Assembly: GCA_963827235.1 (NCBI GenBank)
Contig: CAWHAE010000020.1
Coordinates: 96,001-160,000 of the forward strand
Origin: an uncultured bacterium
Lineage (GTDB): Bacteria > Chloroflexota > UBA5177 > JANWHV01
Length of the DNA stretch: 64,000 bases
Reading direction: 5' to 3'
Shown here: positions 41,006-50,682 of the stretch, piece by piece
Numbering within the stretch: position 1 is the stretch's first letter
Layout: every line of letters starts with the position of its first letter
The notes under the pieces: model-generated
What the model saw: the letters and a program-made list of their open reading frames with translations, nothing else
Told to the model about the DNA's origin: nothing
Database searches by the model: none
Program-made: the position numbers and the translations under genes

Positions 41006-42802
41006 GTGATGAGGCAGGATACGTTCCGTCCCATGGCCTGGGGCAGCGTTCGGTTGTTGCCGGGCGAGCTGAAGCGCAGGGCGGAGCTCAATCGCGCGTA
41101 CATGCTCAGCTTGAAGAGCGACAATCTGCTGCAGAACTACTACATGGAGGCCGGTCTCTGGAACCCGAGGCTGGAGCCCCATGGCTGCCATTGGGGATGG
41201 GAGTCTCCTACCTGCCAATTGCGCGGACACTTCCTCGGGCACTGGCTGTCGGCCGCCGCGAAGCGCTATGCCGCCACGGGCGACGTGGAGATCAAGGGTA
41301 AGGCGGACCACATAGTTGCCGAATTGGCGCGCTGCCAGAAGGAGAACGGCGGCGAATGGGCCGGGCCGATCCCTGCCCAGTACCTCGAGTGGGTCGCGCG
41401 CGGCAAGGAAGTCTGGGCGCCGCACTACACACTGCACAAGACGCTGATGGGACTGTTCGAGATGTATGCGCTGGGCGGGAACGAGCAAGCGCTTGCCGTG
41501 ATCACGAGCTGGGCACAATGGTTCCATCGCTGGACAAGTGGCTTTTCGCGCCAGCAGCTGGACGACATCCTGGACGTCGAGACCGGCGGCATGCTCGAGG
41601 TGTGGGCCAATCTCTACGGCGTCACGGGCCGGCAGGAGCATCTTGACCTGCTGCAGCGCTATGACCGGCCGCGCCTGTTCAACAGTCTGCTCGAGGGCGG
41701 GGATCCGCTCACCAACAAGCACGCGAACACGACGATCCCTGAAGCGCATGGCGCGGCGCGCGCGTGGGAAGTGACCGGCGACGATCGCTGGCGTGCCATC
41801 GTGGAGGCGTACTGGCACTGCGCCGTGGAGGAGCGAGGATCATACTGTACCGGCGGCCAGACCAACGGTGAGGTCTGGTCGGCTCCCCACGAGCTGGCCG
41901 CGCGGCTTGGCGACAAGACGCAAGAACATTGCGTAGTGTATAACATGATGCGCCTCGCGGACTGGCTGCTGCGCTGGACGGGCGACGCTTCATACGGAGA
42001 CTACTGGGAGCGCAATCTCTATAACGGCATCCTGGCTCAGCAGAACGCGCACACGGGCATGGTCGCGTACTTCCTCCCGCTGCAGGCTGGCTCCGCCAAG
42101 CAATGGGGAACGCCGACCGACGACTTCTGGTGTTGCCAGGGCACGCTCACCGAAGCCCACACGGTCAACGAGCGCAGCATCTATTTCGAGGACGACCTCG
42201 GCTTGATTGTCAGCCAGCTGCTGCCAAGCGAGCTAGCGTGGCAGCACGACGGCGCCGAGGTCAGGATCCGCCAAACCGTCAATCAGCAGTTGGGCGACGC
42301 GCGGCGGCCGCGCTCGCTGGCCTTCGACCTGACCGTCTCCTGTGCCCGGCCGGCTGACTTCACACTGAAGATCCGCCTGCCCTGGTGGTTGCAGGGCGAT
42401 GCCGAGATCACCGTCAACGGAGTGCCGGAGCGTGGCCCCTTCACTCCCTCGAGCTTCTATGCTATCCGCCGCTCGTGGGACGAGGCACGCGTCTCGGTTA
42501 CGCTGCCAAAGAGCCTGACCTGCGAGCCTCTGCCGGACGATCCGTCGCGCGTGGCATTCATGGATGGCCCGGTGGTGCTGGCAGGTCTTTGTGACGGAGA
42601 GTACAAACTGCGGGGCAATCGGGACCGTGCTGAGACCATGCTGGCGCCTCACAACGAGCGGGAGTGGGCCGACTGGAAGGCCGGCTATCGGAGCGTCGGT
42701 CAGCGAGTCAACCTCCGCTTCCTGCCCTTGCACGAGGTAGTCGACCAGCCGTACACGGTCTACTTTCCCGTCGGATCCTCGCACCGGCCTGAAGGAGAAT
42801 AG
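41006..42802 (+). CDS. GH127/GH146-like (DUF1680) beta-L-arabinofuranosidase-type cysteine glycosidase
   Basis: GWE...LRGHFLGHWLSA, WAPHYTLHK, ETGGMLE, HANTTIP, EHCVVYNM, FWCCQGT. Confidence 0.87.
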   Translation: MMRQDTFRPMAWGSVRLLPGELKRRAELNRAYMLSLKSDNLLQNYYMEAGLWNPRLEPHGCHWGWESPTCQLRGHFLGHWLSAAAKRYAATGDVEIKGKADHIVAELARCQKENGGEWAGPIPAQYLEWVARGKEVWAPHYTLHKTLMGLFEMYALGGNEQALAVITSWAQWFHRWTSGFSRQQLDDILDVETGGMLEVWANLYGVTGRQEHLDLLQRYDRPRLFNSLLEGGDPLTNKHANTTIPEAHGAARAWEVTGDDRWRAIVEAYWHCAVEERGSYCTGGQTNGEVWSAPHELAARLGDKTQEHCVVYNMMRLADWLLRWTGDASYGDYWERNLYNGILAQQNAHTGMVAYFLPLQAGSAKQWGTPTDDFWCCQGTLTEAHTVNERSIYFEDDLGLIVSQLLPSELAWQHDGAEVRIRQTVNQQLGDARRPRSLAFDLTVSCARPADFTLKIRLPWWLQGDAEITVNGVPERGPFTPSSFYAIRRSWDEARVSVTLPKSLTCEPLPDDPSRVAFMDGPVVLAGLCDGEYKLRGNRDRAETMLAPHNEREWADWKAGYRSVGQRVNLRFLPLHEVVDQPYTVYFPVGSSHRPEGE

Positions 42803-42877
42803 GGTCCGGCAGGACGGGCCGCCGGCGCGGCAACTGACCGCATAGCCGGCCATGTCTGCCGCGTCGCGCCGTCCGAT

Positions 42878-45400
42878 ATGACGTCGAGGAGGCACGTGGG
42901 AAAGGGAACTGGCGAAGGTGCGCACTCGATCGCCGCACGGCAGGTTCGCGTTGTAGCGGATAGCGGGCGCTTCGAGGTCGCTACGTCGGCTCGGCGGTTC
43001 GCTCTGACCCTCTGCACGCCGAACATTGCGCACCTGCGACTGCTGAGCGATGGCGAAGCTGCCGCGCGCACGTATGTCGTGCGGGAACCGCACGACTGGC
43101 CGCGGCCCGACGCGAGCCTGGGCACGGCCGCAGGTCAGGTATTGCCGGAGGCCGGTACTGCAGGGCAGCCTGGCGGTAAGAATCAGCCTGCCGCGGTAAT
43201 CTCGATCGACGCCGGAAGCCTGCGCGTGGAGACTCGCACCGATCCGGCGACTCTGGTGTTCGCGAATGGACGGGGCGATCCTCTGCTGAGGGTGGCGCTG
43301 GAGGATGGGGTGAGAGTCGAAACCCTCGTCGACAGCGCGCCCGAGGAGGGCCCAGTGCCGGAAGGCGGGACCGGCGGCCCGGTGAGGGCGCGCAGGCGCC
43401 TCACCGTGGTGCTCCAGCTGCTGGGCCAACAGCACTTCTACGGCCTTGGCGAAGGTGGCAAACAGTTTGATCGCCTCGGCGACAACCGGCGCTTGTGGAA
43501 CAATCACATCGGTCACGGACCGGGCTCGGATATCGCCGTGCCTCTGCTGCTGTCGAATCGCGGCTACGGGCTCTTCTTCGACAGTGCGTTCGAGTCCTGC
43601 CTGACCCTGGACGGCACCGAGCGCTCGACCCAGATAACGTATACGACCGAAGGCGGGCAGCTCGACTGCTACTTCCTGTTTGGCGGCGATCTGCGCGGCA
43701 CGATGAAGCAGGTCGCCGAGCTTCTCGGCAGCGCCCCGATGCCGCCGCGCTGGTCGCTCGGGTACCTGCAGTCCACGCGCCACTTCGACGACGCTGCCGA
43801 GCTGTCGCGGCTGCCGCGACTCATTCGAGAGAAGCGCATTCCTTGCGACGGAGTCATCCTCCTTTCCACGTATGGCGATGCGCTGGGATGGAATCGAGGT
43901 GTCGGCCACCTTGAGTTCCAGCCCGGCCTCTTTCCCGATCCCGCGGCCGTGCTGGCCGAGTACAGTGCGCAGGGGTTCAGGGTCGTCACTCACGAGTATC
44001 CTGTGCTGCATGACCAATCGCCCCTCTGGGCGGAGGCAGAACGGCGCGGCTTTCTCCTCGACGACGGCTACGACCGGCTATCGTCCGGCGAGCATCCGAG
44101 CACCGAGTTTCATGAGGGCCAGCGCTACATGGACTTTTCCGACGCCGAGGCTCGCCGGTGGTGGTGGGCGCATCACCGAGTCCTGGCTCAGATCGGGGTC
44201 GCCGGCTGGTGGCTTGACGGAGGAGAGGGACCGGCACCGTCGATCGAGGCCGCGGACCGCACGGGAGTGCCCGTACACAATACTTTCGACCGCGACCGCC
44301 AGCGGGCTTTCGCGGAGGGCGAGGTGCAGGATTACCCGGATCGACGCGCCTTTCTTCTGTGCCGTTCCGGGGCGGCGGGAATGCAGCAATACGGTGCCGC
44401 GTGCTGGTCGGGCGACGTGGGCAATACATTTCCCGTGCTCGAAGCGCAGATTCCGCTTGGGCTCAACACGGCCATGTCGGGCATCCCCTACTGGGGCACC
44501 GACATCGGCGGCTTCTTCCACCCCGTGCCCGAGAGCGCCGAGCTCTATGTGCGCTGGTTCCAGTTTGGCGCTTTCTGTCCGGTGTTCCGCTCTCACGGCT
44601 GGGTGTGGCGGGAGCATGTTCCCTGGGCTCATGGGCCCGAGGTGGAAGAGATATGCCGGCGGTACGTCGAGCTGCGGTACCGGCTAATGCCGTACACCTA
44701 CAGTCTGGCCCGGCAGGCGCACACCCTCGGCATCCCTCTGATGCGCCCGCTGGTACTGAATTACCCGGACGATCCGCGGGTTTGGGACCTGGGCAGCGAG
44801 TATCTTTGGGGCGACGATCTGCTCGTGGCGCCGGTCACGCGCGCCGGCGTAACATCCTGGTCGGCCTATCTGCCGGAGGGTGGCTGGCACGATTTCTGGA
44901 CTCAGGAACGCCACGCCGGTGCGTGCGGTGTCTCCGTCGACGCGCCGCTCGACAGGCTGCCGCTCTTCGCACGGGCGGGGGCGATCCTACCCCTCGCGCC
45001 GCCGATGCAGTTCGACGGCGAACTGCCTTGGGACGTCATCACGATGCTCATCTATCCGCAAGGCCACTCGACCTTCGAGCTATACGAGGACGACGGCACG
45101 AGCAGCCGCTATCGAGAAGGGCGCTATGCGCTCACCGCCATAGCTTGTGATTGCCGGCCGGGCACGATCGACGTTCGGATTGGCGATCCCGTGGGCGACG
45201 CTGCGGTGTTGCCGGGCAACCGGACGTACGTGCTTCAGCTCCGGACGGACATGCCGCGTCGGGTCCGCCTGAATGGCCGCGAGCTCTCGCCTGTGCGCGA
45301 TCGGTCGGCAGCCGGCGACGCCTGCTTCTGGCACGATGGACTGCACTTTACATTTGTTCGGATGGGCTCGCCCGGAGGCACGGTCACATTGGAGTACTGA
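42878..45400 (+). CDS. GH31 glycoside hydrolase, specificity unknown
   Basis: FYGLGE, PMPPRWSLGYLQS, nucleophile WWLDGGEG, WSGDV, WGTDIGGF, RWFQFGAF, LYEDDG. Confidence 0.9.
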   Translation: MTSRRHVGKGTGEGAHSIAARQVRVVADSGRFEVATSARRFALTLCTPNIAHLRLLSDGEAAARTYVVREPHDWPRPDASLGTAAGQVLPEAGTAGQPGGKNQPAAVISIDAGSLRVETRTDPATLVFANGRGDPLLRVALEDGVRVETLVDSAPEEGPVPEGGTGGPVRARRRLTVVLQLLGQQHFYGLGEGGKQFDRLGDNRRLWNNHIGHGPGSDIAVPLLLSNRGYGLFFDSAFESCLTLDGTERSTQITYTTEGGQLDCYFLFGGDLRGTMKQVAELLGSAPMPPRWSLGYLQSTRHFDDAAELSRLPRLIREKRIPCDGVILLSTYGDALGWNRGVGHLEFQPGLFPDPAAVLAEYSAQGFRVVTHEYPVLHDQSPLWAEAERRGFLLDDGYDRLSSGEHPSTEFHEGQRYMDFSDAEARRWWWAHHRVLAQIGVAGWWLDGGEGPAPSIEAADRTGVPVHNTFDRDRQRAFAEGEVQDYPDRRAFLLCRSGAAGMQQYGAACWSGDVGNTFPVLEAQIPLGLNTAMSGIPYWGTDIGGFFHPVPESAELYVRWFQFGAFCPVFRSHGWVWREHVPWAHGPEVEEICRRYVELRYRLMPYTYSLARQAHTLGIPLMRPLVLNYPDDPRVWDLGSEYLWGDDLLVAPVTRAGVTSWSAYLPEGGWHDFWTQERHAGACGVSVDAPLDRLPLFARAGAILPLAPPMQFDGELPWDVITMLIYPQGHSTFELYEDDGTSSRYREGRYALTAIACDCRPGTIDVRIGDPVGDAAVLPGNRTYVLQLRTDMPRRVRLNGRELSPVRDRSAAGDACFWHDGLHFTFVRMGSPGGTVTLEY

Positions 45401-45437
45401 GCCCTGGGCTGTTCGTAGTGAGGAAGAAGGTGGAGCA

Positions 45438-47426
45438 ATGGAGGCTTCGCAGCAAGGCAACGCCCTGGTGTGGCGGCGCAACCATGAGATCGTGCGCATC
45501 GAGCCGTGGGGTGCGGACAGCTTGCGCGTGCGCGCGACTATGGCGCCTGAGCTTCGCGGCGATCTGGTCGGCGCGCTGCTGGACAAGCCGTCGGAAGAAG
45601 CGGCAGTCGACGTCGCCGGGGAGTCTGCTACCATCCGGCACGGGGCAATCATGGCTGAGATCGGATCCAGCGGCTGTCTGCGATTCGTCAACATATTGAC
45701 GAACGCCGTGCTTCTCGAAGAGAAGCCGCCCGTGCCCGCCACGCGCATACCGCCTCGCCACTTTCGGGGCCTGCCCGGCGATATGTTCCATCTCGACGCG
45801 CGGTTTGTGGCCTACGAGGGCGAGCGCCTATACGGTCTGGGACAGCATCAACACGGCTTGCTGGATCAGAAGGGAGCCGTCGTCGAGCTGATTCAGCGCA
45901 ACACCGAGGTCTCCATTCCGTTCGTCATCTCCAGTCGAAACTATGGCTTTCTGTGGAATAATCCGGCAGTCGGCCGCGTCGAGCTCGCGACCAACGAGAC
46001 CCGCTGGGTTGCCGAGGCCACGCCCCAGCTCGACTATTGGATCACCGCCGGCAGTGGTCCCGCGGAGATCATGGAGCACTATGCCGATGTAACGGGCCAC
46101 GCGCCGGAGTTCCCGGAGTGGGCCGCGGGCTTCTGGCAATGCAAGCTTCGCTATCGCACGCAGGATGAGCTTCTCACGGTGGCCCGCGAGCACAAGCGGC
46201 GGGGGCTTCCCCTGTCGGTCATCGTGGCCGATTTCTTCCATTGGTCGCTGCAGGGCGACTGGAAATTCGACCCCAAGCTTTGGCCCGATCCGGCTGCGAT
46301 GGTACGCGAGCTGGCCGACATGGGAGTCGAGCTGATGGTGTCTGTATGGCCCTCGGTCAACGCCCTGAGCGAGAACTTCGATGCCATGCTCTCTCGCGGC
46401 CTCCTGCTGCGCACGGACCGCGGTATTCCCGTGCTGCACAACTTCAAGGACAACCGGCCCGAGGGTCCGGCCTACACGTACTACTACGACGCGACGAACC
46501 CGGAGGCGCGCCGGTTCATCTGGGAGCAGGTGCGCGAGCATTACTACCAGATCGGCATACGGGTGTTCTGGCTCGATGCCTGCGAGCCCGAAATGCATCC
46601 CATGGACGTGGATAACGTCCGCTTCCACGAAGGCCACGGCCTGGTGGTTGCCAATGCCTATCCTCTGCTGCACGAACGAGGGTTCTACGAGGGACTGCTC
46701 GAGGCCGGCGAGAAAACCGCCCTCAACCTCTGCCGGTCCGCCTGGGCGGGCAGCCAGCGCTATGGCGCGGCGGTGTGGTCCGGTGACATTAGCAGCACGT
46801 TTGAAGCCCTGCAGGCTCAGGTTCGCGCCGGCCTCAACGTCGGTCTGAGCGGCATCCCCTGGTGGACCACCGACATCGGCGGCTTCTACGGCGGAGATCC
46901 GGAGTCGCCTGCCTTCCGGGAGCTGCTGCTGCGATGGTTCCAGTACGCGGTGTTCTGCCCGCTGTTCCGTCTGCACGGGCATCGGAGCCTCAAGATTGAC
47001 GCGGACACGATGCTGTTCAGCGGTGGTCCGAATGAAGTCTGGTCCTTCGGCGACGAGGCCTACGAGATCATCAAGCGCTTGCTGTTCCTGCGCGAGCGGC
47101 TGCGCCCGTACGTCATGGCGCAGATGAAGGTGGCACAGGAGAAGGGCATTCCGCCTATGCGGCCGCTGTTCTTCGACTACCCGCACGACGCGGCGTGCGC
47201 ACGGGTGGACGATCAGTTCCTGTTCGGTCCCGATATACTGGTCGCCCCGGTATTGCACGCCGGGGAGCGGGGCCGAGACGTCTACCTGCCGGGGGGCGCG
47301 TCGTGGACCGACGCCTGGACCGGCGAAAGCCTTACCGGGGGGCAGCGTATCCATGCCGAGGCTCCGCTCGATCGCATTCCGGTGTATCTGCGCGGCGGGG
47401 CTCTCAAGTCGTTGTTTCGGCCGTGA
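45438..47426 (+). CDS. GH31 glycoside hydrolase (alpha-xylosidase XylS-like)
   Basis: YGLGQHQ, GFWQCKLRY, nucleophile FWLDACEP, RSAWAGSQRYG, WSGDI, WTTDIGGF. ATG 45438 follows GGAG. Confidence 0.9.
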   Translation: MEASQQGNALVWRRNHEIVRIEPWGADSLRVRATMAPELRGDLVGALLDKPSEEAAVDVAGESATIRHGAIMAEIGSSGCLRFVNILTNAVLLEEKPPVPATRIPPRHFRGLPGDMFHLDARFVAYEGERLYGLGQHQHGLLDQKGAVVELIQRNTEVSIPFVISSRNYGFLWNNPAVGRVELATNETRWVAEATPQLDYWITAGSGPAEIMEHYADVTGHAPEFPEWAAGFWQCKLRYRTQDELLTVAREHKRRGLPLSVIVADFFHWSLQGDWKFDPKLWPDPAAMVRELADMGVELMVSVWPSVNALSENFDAMLSRGLLLRTDRGIPVLHNFKDNRPEGPAYTYYYDATNPEARRFIWEQVREHYYQIGIRVFWLDACEPEMHPMDVDNVRFHEGHGLVVANAYPLLHERGFYEGLLEAGEKTALNLCRSAWAGSQRYGAAVWSGDISSTFEALQAQVRAGLNVGLSGIPWWTTDIGGFYGGDPESPAFRELLLRWFQYAVFCPLFRLHGHRSLKIDADTMLFSGGPNEVWSFGDEAYEIIKRLLFLRERLRPYVMAQMKVAQEKGIPPMRPLFFDYPHDAACARVDDQFLFGPDILVAPVLHAGERGRDVYLPGGASWTDAWTGESLTGGQRIHAEAPLDRIPVYLRGGALKSLFRP

Positions 47427-47609
47427 CAGGGCTCCGGCCGCCCTGTCTGGCGTGGGGAGAGGGCGGCATCCAGCCATAGCGCCCCGTAGCAGGGCAGAAA
47501 CCCGTCACAGGTAGCGACCGGACCGCCGAGCAAGCGCGCGTGGAATCGGGCCGGCAGGCACATGGGCGGCACTGCCGGCCCGTCCAGGAAACGGCCGAGG
47601 ACCGGGAGC

Positions 47610-49526
47610 TCACACCCCTTCTGCGCCTGCCTCCGCGACCGAAGCAAGGACACCATCGTTGGACTCGGCACGTCGGCAGCCGGCGAGCGCCATGAGCGGG
47701 AACAGATGGCGATACAGGTGATAGTTGATGTAGAAGTCGCGCGGGAAGCCGGTTCCCGTGAAGTGCGGCTCGTCCCACGTACCGTCTACCTGCCGATCTC
47801 TCAGAAACGCCGCACCGCGCGCGCAGGCCGTGTGCTCGCCAAGTCCCGCCGCCTGCAGTGTCAGGATGGCCCACGCCGTTTGCGATGCAGTGCTGGCTCC
47901 GACTCCCGCGAACGAGGCATCGTCGTACGACCGGCAGGTCTCGCCCCATCCGCCGTCGTCGTTCTGCCGCGACAGGATCCACGTCGCGCCGCGGTCGATC
48001 ATCCGCCGCACCCGGGCTCGCCCTGCGGCCGGGCAACCCGCGTCGCGCAGGGCGGCAAGAGCGGTCACCACGCACCACGTACCGTAGATGTAGTTGACGC
48101 CCCAGCGGCCGAACCAGGATCCGTCGGCGCGCTGACTCCGGGCGAGATAGTTGAGCCCGCGCCGCACGATGGCATCGCGGTCCGGAGCTGAGACATGGGC
48201 GAGCATCTCGAGCACGTGCGCAGTCACATCTTCGCTCGGCGGGTCCAGCAGGGCTCCGAAGTCCGCGAAGGGCAGGCGGTACACCACGTTGCGCGTGTTG
48301 TCCTTGTCGAACGCGCCCCAGGCACCGTTCTTCGAGCGCATAGCCAGCGTCCAGGTCACCGCCTGCCTCACGGCCGCTGCCAGGTCGTTGCCGCCGCCGG
48401 CCGCTAGCAGGGCTACCACCACGACTGCAGTATCGTCGATATCCGGGTAGGTGTCGTTCTCGAACTCGAAGGCCCAGCCGCCGCAGGCGACCTTGCCGGC
48501 ACGGACCTGCCAGTCGCCACCGCTTTGAATCTGCTCGGCCAGTGTCCACTCCACGGCTCGCCGAACACTCGGGTGCTCCGGCGCCACGCCGGCGCGCCTG
48601 AGGGCCAGAATCGCCCATGCCGTGTCCCAAACCGGAGACATGCATGCTTGCAGGCGCCACCCCTCGCCGCCCTCGACGGCGAATCCATGAAGACCTTCGA
48701 TGCCCTTCCGCATGACCGGATGTTCGACGCTCATGCCTTCGAGGCTCAGGGCAATAAGCGAGTAGACCCAGGGCGGCTGAATGCCGCCCCATCCCCCGTC
48801 CGCCTCCTGGTGTGCGACGATCCAGCGTACGATCGACGCCCTAGCCCGGTCTCGACCGGGATGCCACGGCAGACGCTCGTAGACCTTCAGCCCTTTGTCC
48901 AGCCACCAGAAGAAGCCCGATCCGGGCACGCGCCTCAGCAACGGCTCGGAGCCGGGCACGACCAGCTCCTGGAGCGTGCAGCCCAGGGGACGAACCGGCC
49001 TGCGCGAGATGACGATCAGCAAGGGCGCGATCGTGCCGCGGGCCCAGCTTGCGAAGTCGTAGAGGTTAAAGGGCACGCTAGGCGGGAAGAAGACGAGCTC
49101 CGGCGGCATAGTGGGAACGCCGTCCCAGGGGTATTCGCCGAACATGGCAAGCCAGATCTTGGTGAACACGCGCGCTCGTGCGGCGCCGCCCAGCTTGACG
49201 ATCACAGCCAGTCCTCGCCGCATGGGCTCTGTATCGGGGTCCACGCCGAGCACTTTGAGCGCGGCGTACGCCTCGATTGTCGTGCTCACATCCGCCGGAC
49301 CTTGATAGTAGAGACTCCAGGAGCCGTCGTCGCGCTGGCATCTGAGGATGTGCCGGATAGCACCCTCTCGCACGCGCTCGCGCTCGACATCCAGGCCAAG
49401 AAAGCAGAGAAGGAGTACATGCTCTGCCGTCATGGTCACGTTTGTTTCCAGCTCGCCGCACCACCAACCTGCGGGGTCCTGCCTTTCCAACAACCAGTCA
49501 ACAGCCTGCCGGCATGCCGGGTCCAC
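47610..49526 (-). CDS. shc: Squalene-hopene cyclase
   Basis: Protonation motif YPDIDDTA, QW repeats (QRDDGSW, QEADGGW, QRADGSW, QNDDGGWGE), RWGVNYIYGT, FTGTGFP. GTG start 7 nt after GAGGAG. Confidence 0.96.
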   Translation of the reverse strand: MDPACRQAVDWLLERQDPAGWWCGELETNVTMTAEHVLLLCFLGLDVERERVREGAIRHILRCQRDDGSWSLYYQGPADVSTTIEAYAALKVLGVDPDTEPMRRGLAVIVKLGGAARARVFTKIWLAMFGEYPWDGVPTMPPELVFFPPSVPFNLYDFASWARGTIAPLLIVISRRPVRPLGCTLQELVVPGSEPLLRRVPGSGFFWWLDKGLKVYERLPWHPGRDRARASIVRWIVAHQEADGGWGGIQPPWVYSLIALSLEGMSVEHPVMRKGIEGLHGFAVEGGEGWRLQACMSPVWDTAWAILALRRAGVAPEHPSVRRAVEWTLAEQIQSGGDWQVRAGKVACGGWAFEFENDTYPDIDDTAVVVVALLAAGGGNDLAAAVRQAVTWTLAMRSKNGAWGAFDKDNTRNVVYRLPFADFGALLDPPSEDVTAHVLEMLAHVSAPDRDAIVRRGLNYLARSQRADGSWFGRWGVNYIYGTWCVVTALAALRDAGCPAAGRARVRRMIDRGATWILSRQNDDGGWGETCRSYDDASFAGVGASTASQTAWAILTLQAAGLGEHTACARGAAFLRDRQVDGTWDEPHFTGTGFPRDFYINYHLYRHLFPLMALAGCRRAESNDGVLASVAEAGAEGV

Positions 49527-49614
49527 GCCATTTCTCCTCTCTTGACCGCCCTTACTGGATAATACTGTATACTTGCACCCAACAAATACTTGATACGCAT
49601 GAGGTCTTGGCCAG

Positions 49615-50649
49615 ATGGCACTTACAATGCGGCAGAACCTCTTGGTCGGTCGGTACATCATCCAGCAGCGGCTTCGTGGTCGCACGAAGTACCCGCTGGT
49701 GCTCGAGCTGGAGCCCCTATACCAGTGCAATCTGGCCTGTGCCGGCTGCGGCAAGATCCAGCACCCCGACGACGTGCTGGCGCGGCGACTCTCCGTGCAG
49801 CAGTGCATCGACGCCGTGGAGGAATGTGGCGCTCCTATCGTGTCGATTGCCGGAGGCGAGCCACTCGTGCATCGGGAGATCGGTGCCATAGCGGAGGCAC
49901 TGGTCGCTCGCCACAAGCTCGTCATTCTGTGCACCAACGCCCTGCTGATGCTCAAGAAGCTCGATCAGTTCACACCGTCGCCCTATTTCAGCTGGATGGT
50001 GCACATCGACGGGCTGCGTGAGCGCCACGACCAGTCGGTGTCGAGGTCCGGCGTGTTCGACAAGGCCGTCGAGGCAATTCGAGAAGCGAAGCGGCGGGGC
50101 TTCCGCGTGTGCACCAACACGACGTTCTACTCCCAGGACGACCCAGCCACCATACGAGCGGTGCTGGACTTCCTCAACGACGATCTGCACGTGGATTCCA
50201 TGCAGATTTCTCCCGGCTACGCCTACGAGAAGGCTCCCGACCAGGACCACTTTCTCGGCGTGAAGCGTACGCGGCAGATATTCCGCAGGGCGTTTGCCGG
50301 CGGTCGGCGTTCCAGGTGGCGGCTCAACCACTCGCCTCTGTTCCTCGATTTCCTGGAGGGCAAAGTCGATTTTCAGTGCACTGCCTGGGGAGTGCCCAGC
50401 TATTCCATCTTCGGCTGGCAGCGTCCCTGCTATCTGATGGCCGACGGGTATGCAAAAAGCTACAAAGAGTTGATCGAGACAACGGAGTGGGAGCACTATG
50501 GTCGCGGCAGGGATCCGCGCTGCGAGAACTGCATGGCTCACTGCGGGTACGAGCCGTCGGCAGTGATGGCGACAGTGCGCTCGCCGTACCAGTCGGCGCG
50601 TGCCGGGGTGGACGTGCTTCTTGGTAGCGTCAAGTCGTTGCGGTCTTGA
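49615..50649 (+). CDS. hpnH: Adenosyl-hopene transferase (radical SAM)
   Basis: PLVLELEPLYQCNLACAGCGKI, SIAGGEPL, SPGYAYEKAP, CENCMAHCGYE; adjacent to shc. Confidence 0.95.
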   Translation: MALTMRQNLLVGRYIIQQRLRGRTKYPLVLELEPLYQCNLACAGCGKIQHPDDVLARRLSVQQCIDAVEECGAPIVSIAGGEPLVHREIGAIAEALVARHKLVILCTNALLMLKKLDQFTPSPYFSWMVHIDGLRERHDQSVSRSGVFDKAVEAIREAKRRGFRVCTNTTFYSQDDPATIRAVLDFLNDDLHVDSMQISPGYAYEKAPDQDHFLGVKRTRQIFRRAFAGGRRSRWRLNHSPLFLDFLEGKVDFQCTAWGVPSYSIFGWQRPCYLMADGYAKSYKELIETTEWEHYGRGRDPRCENCMAHCGYEPSAVMATVRSPYQSARAGVDVLLGSVKSLRS

Positions 50650-50682
50650 GCAGCAGGTGACAGTGGCCTGATCGGGGGAGAG

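Noticed and set aside
49527-49955. N-terminal extension of shc in the ORF track (781 aa)
   Set aside because: It overlaps hpnH on the other strand. A GAGGAG RBS supports GTG 49526. The extensions at 2782, 4027, 21898 and 45273 were trimmed on similar grounds.
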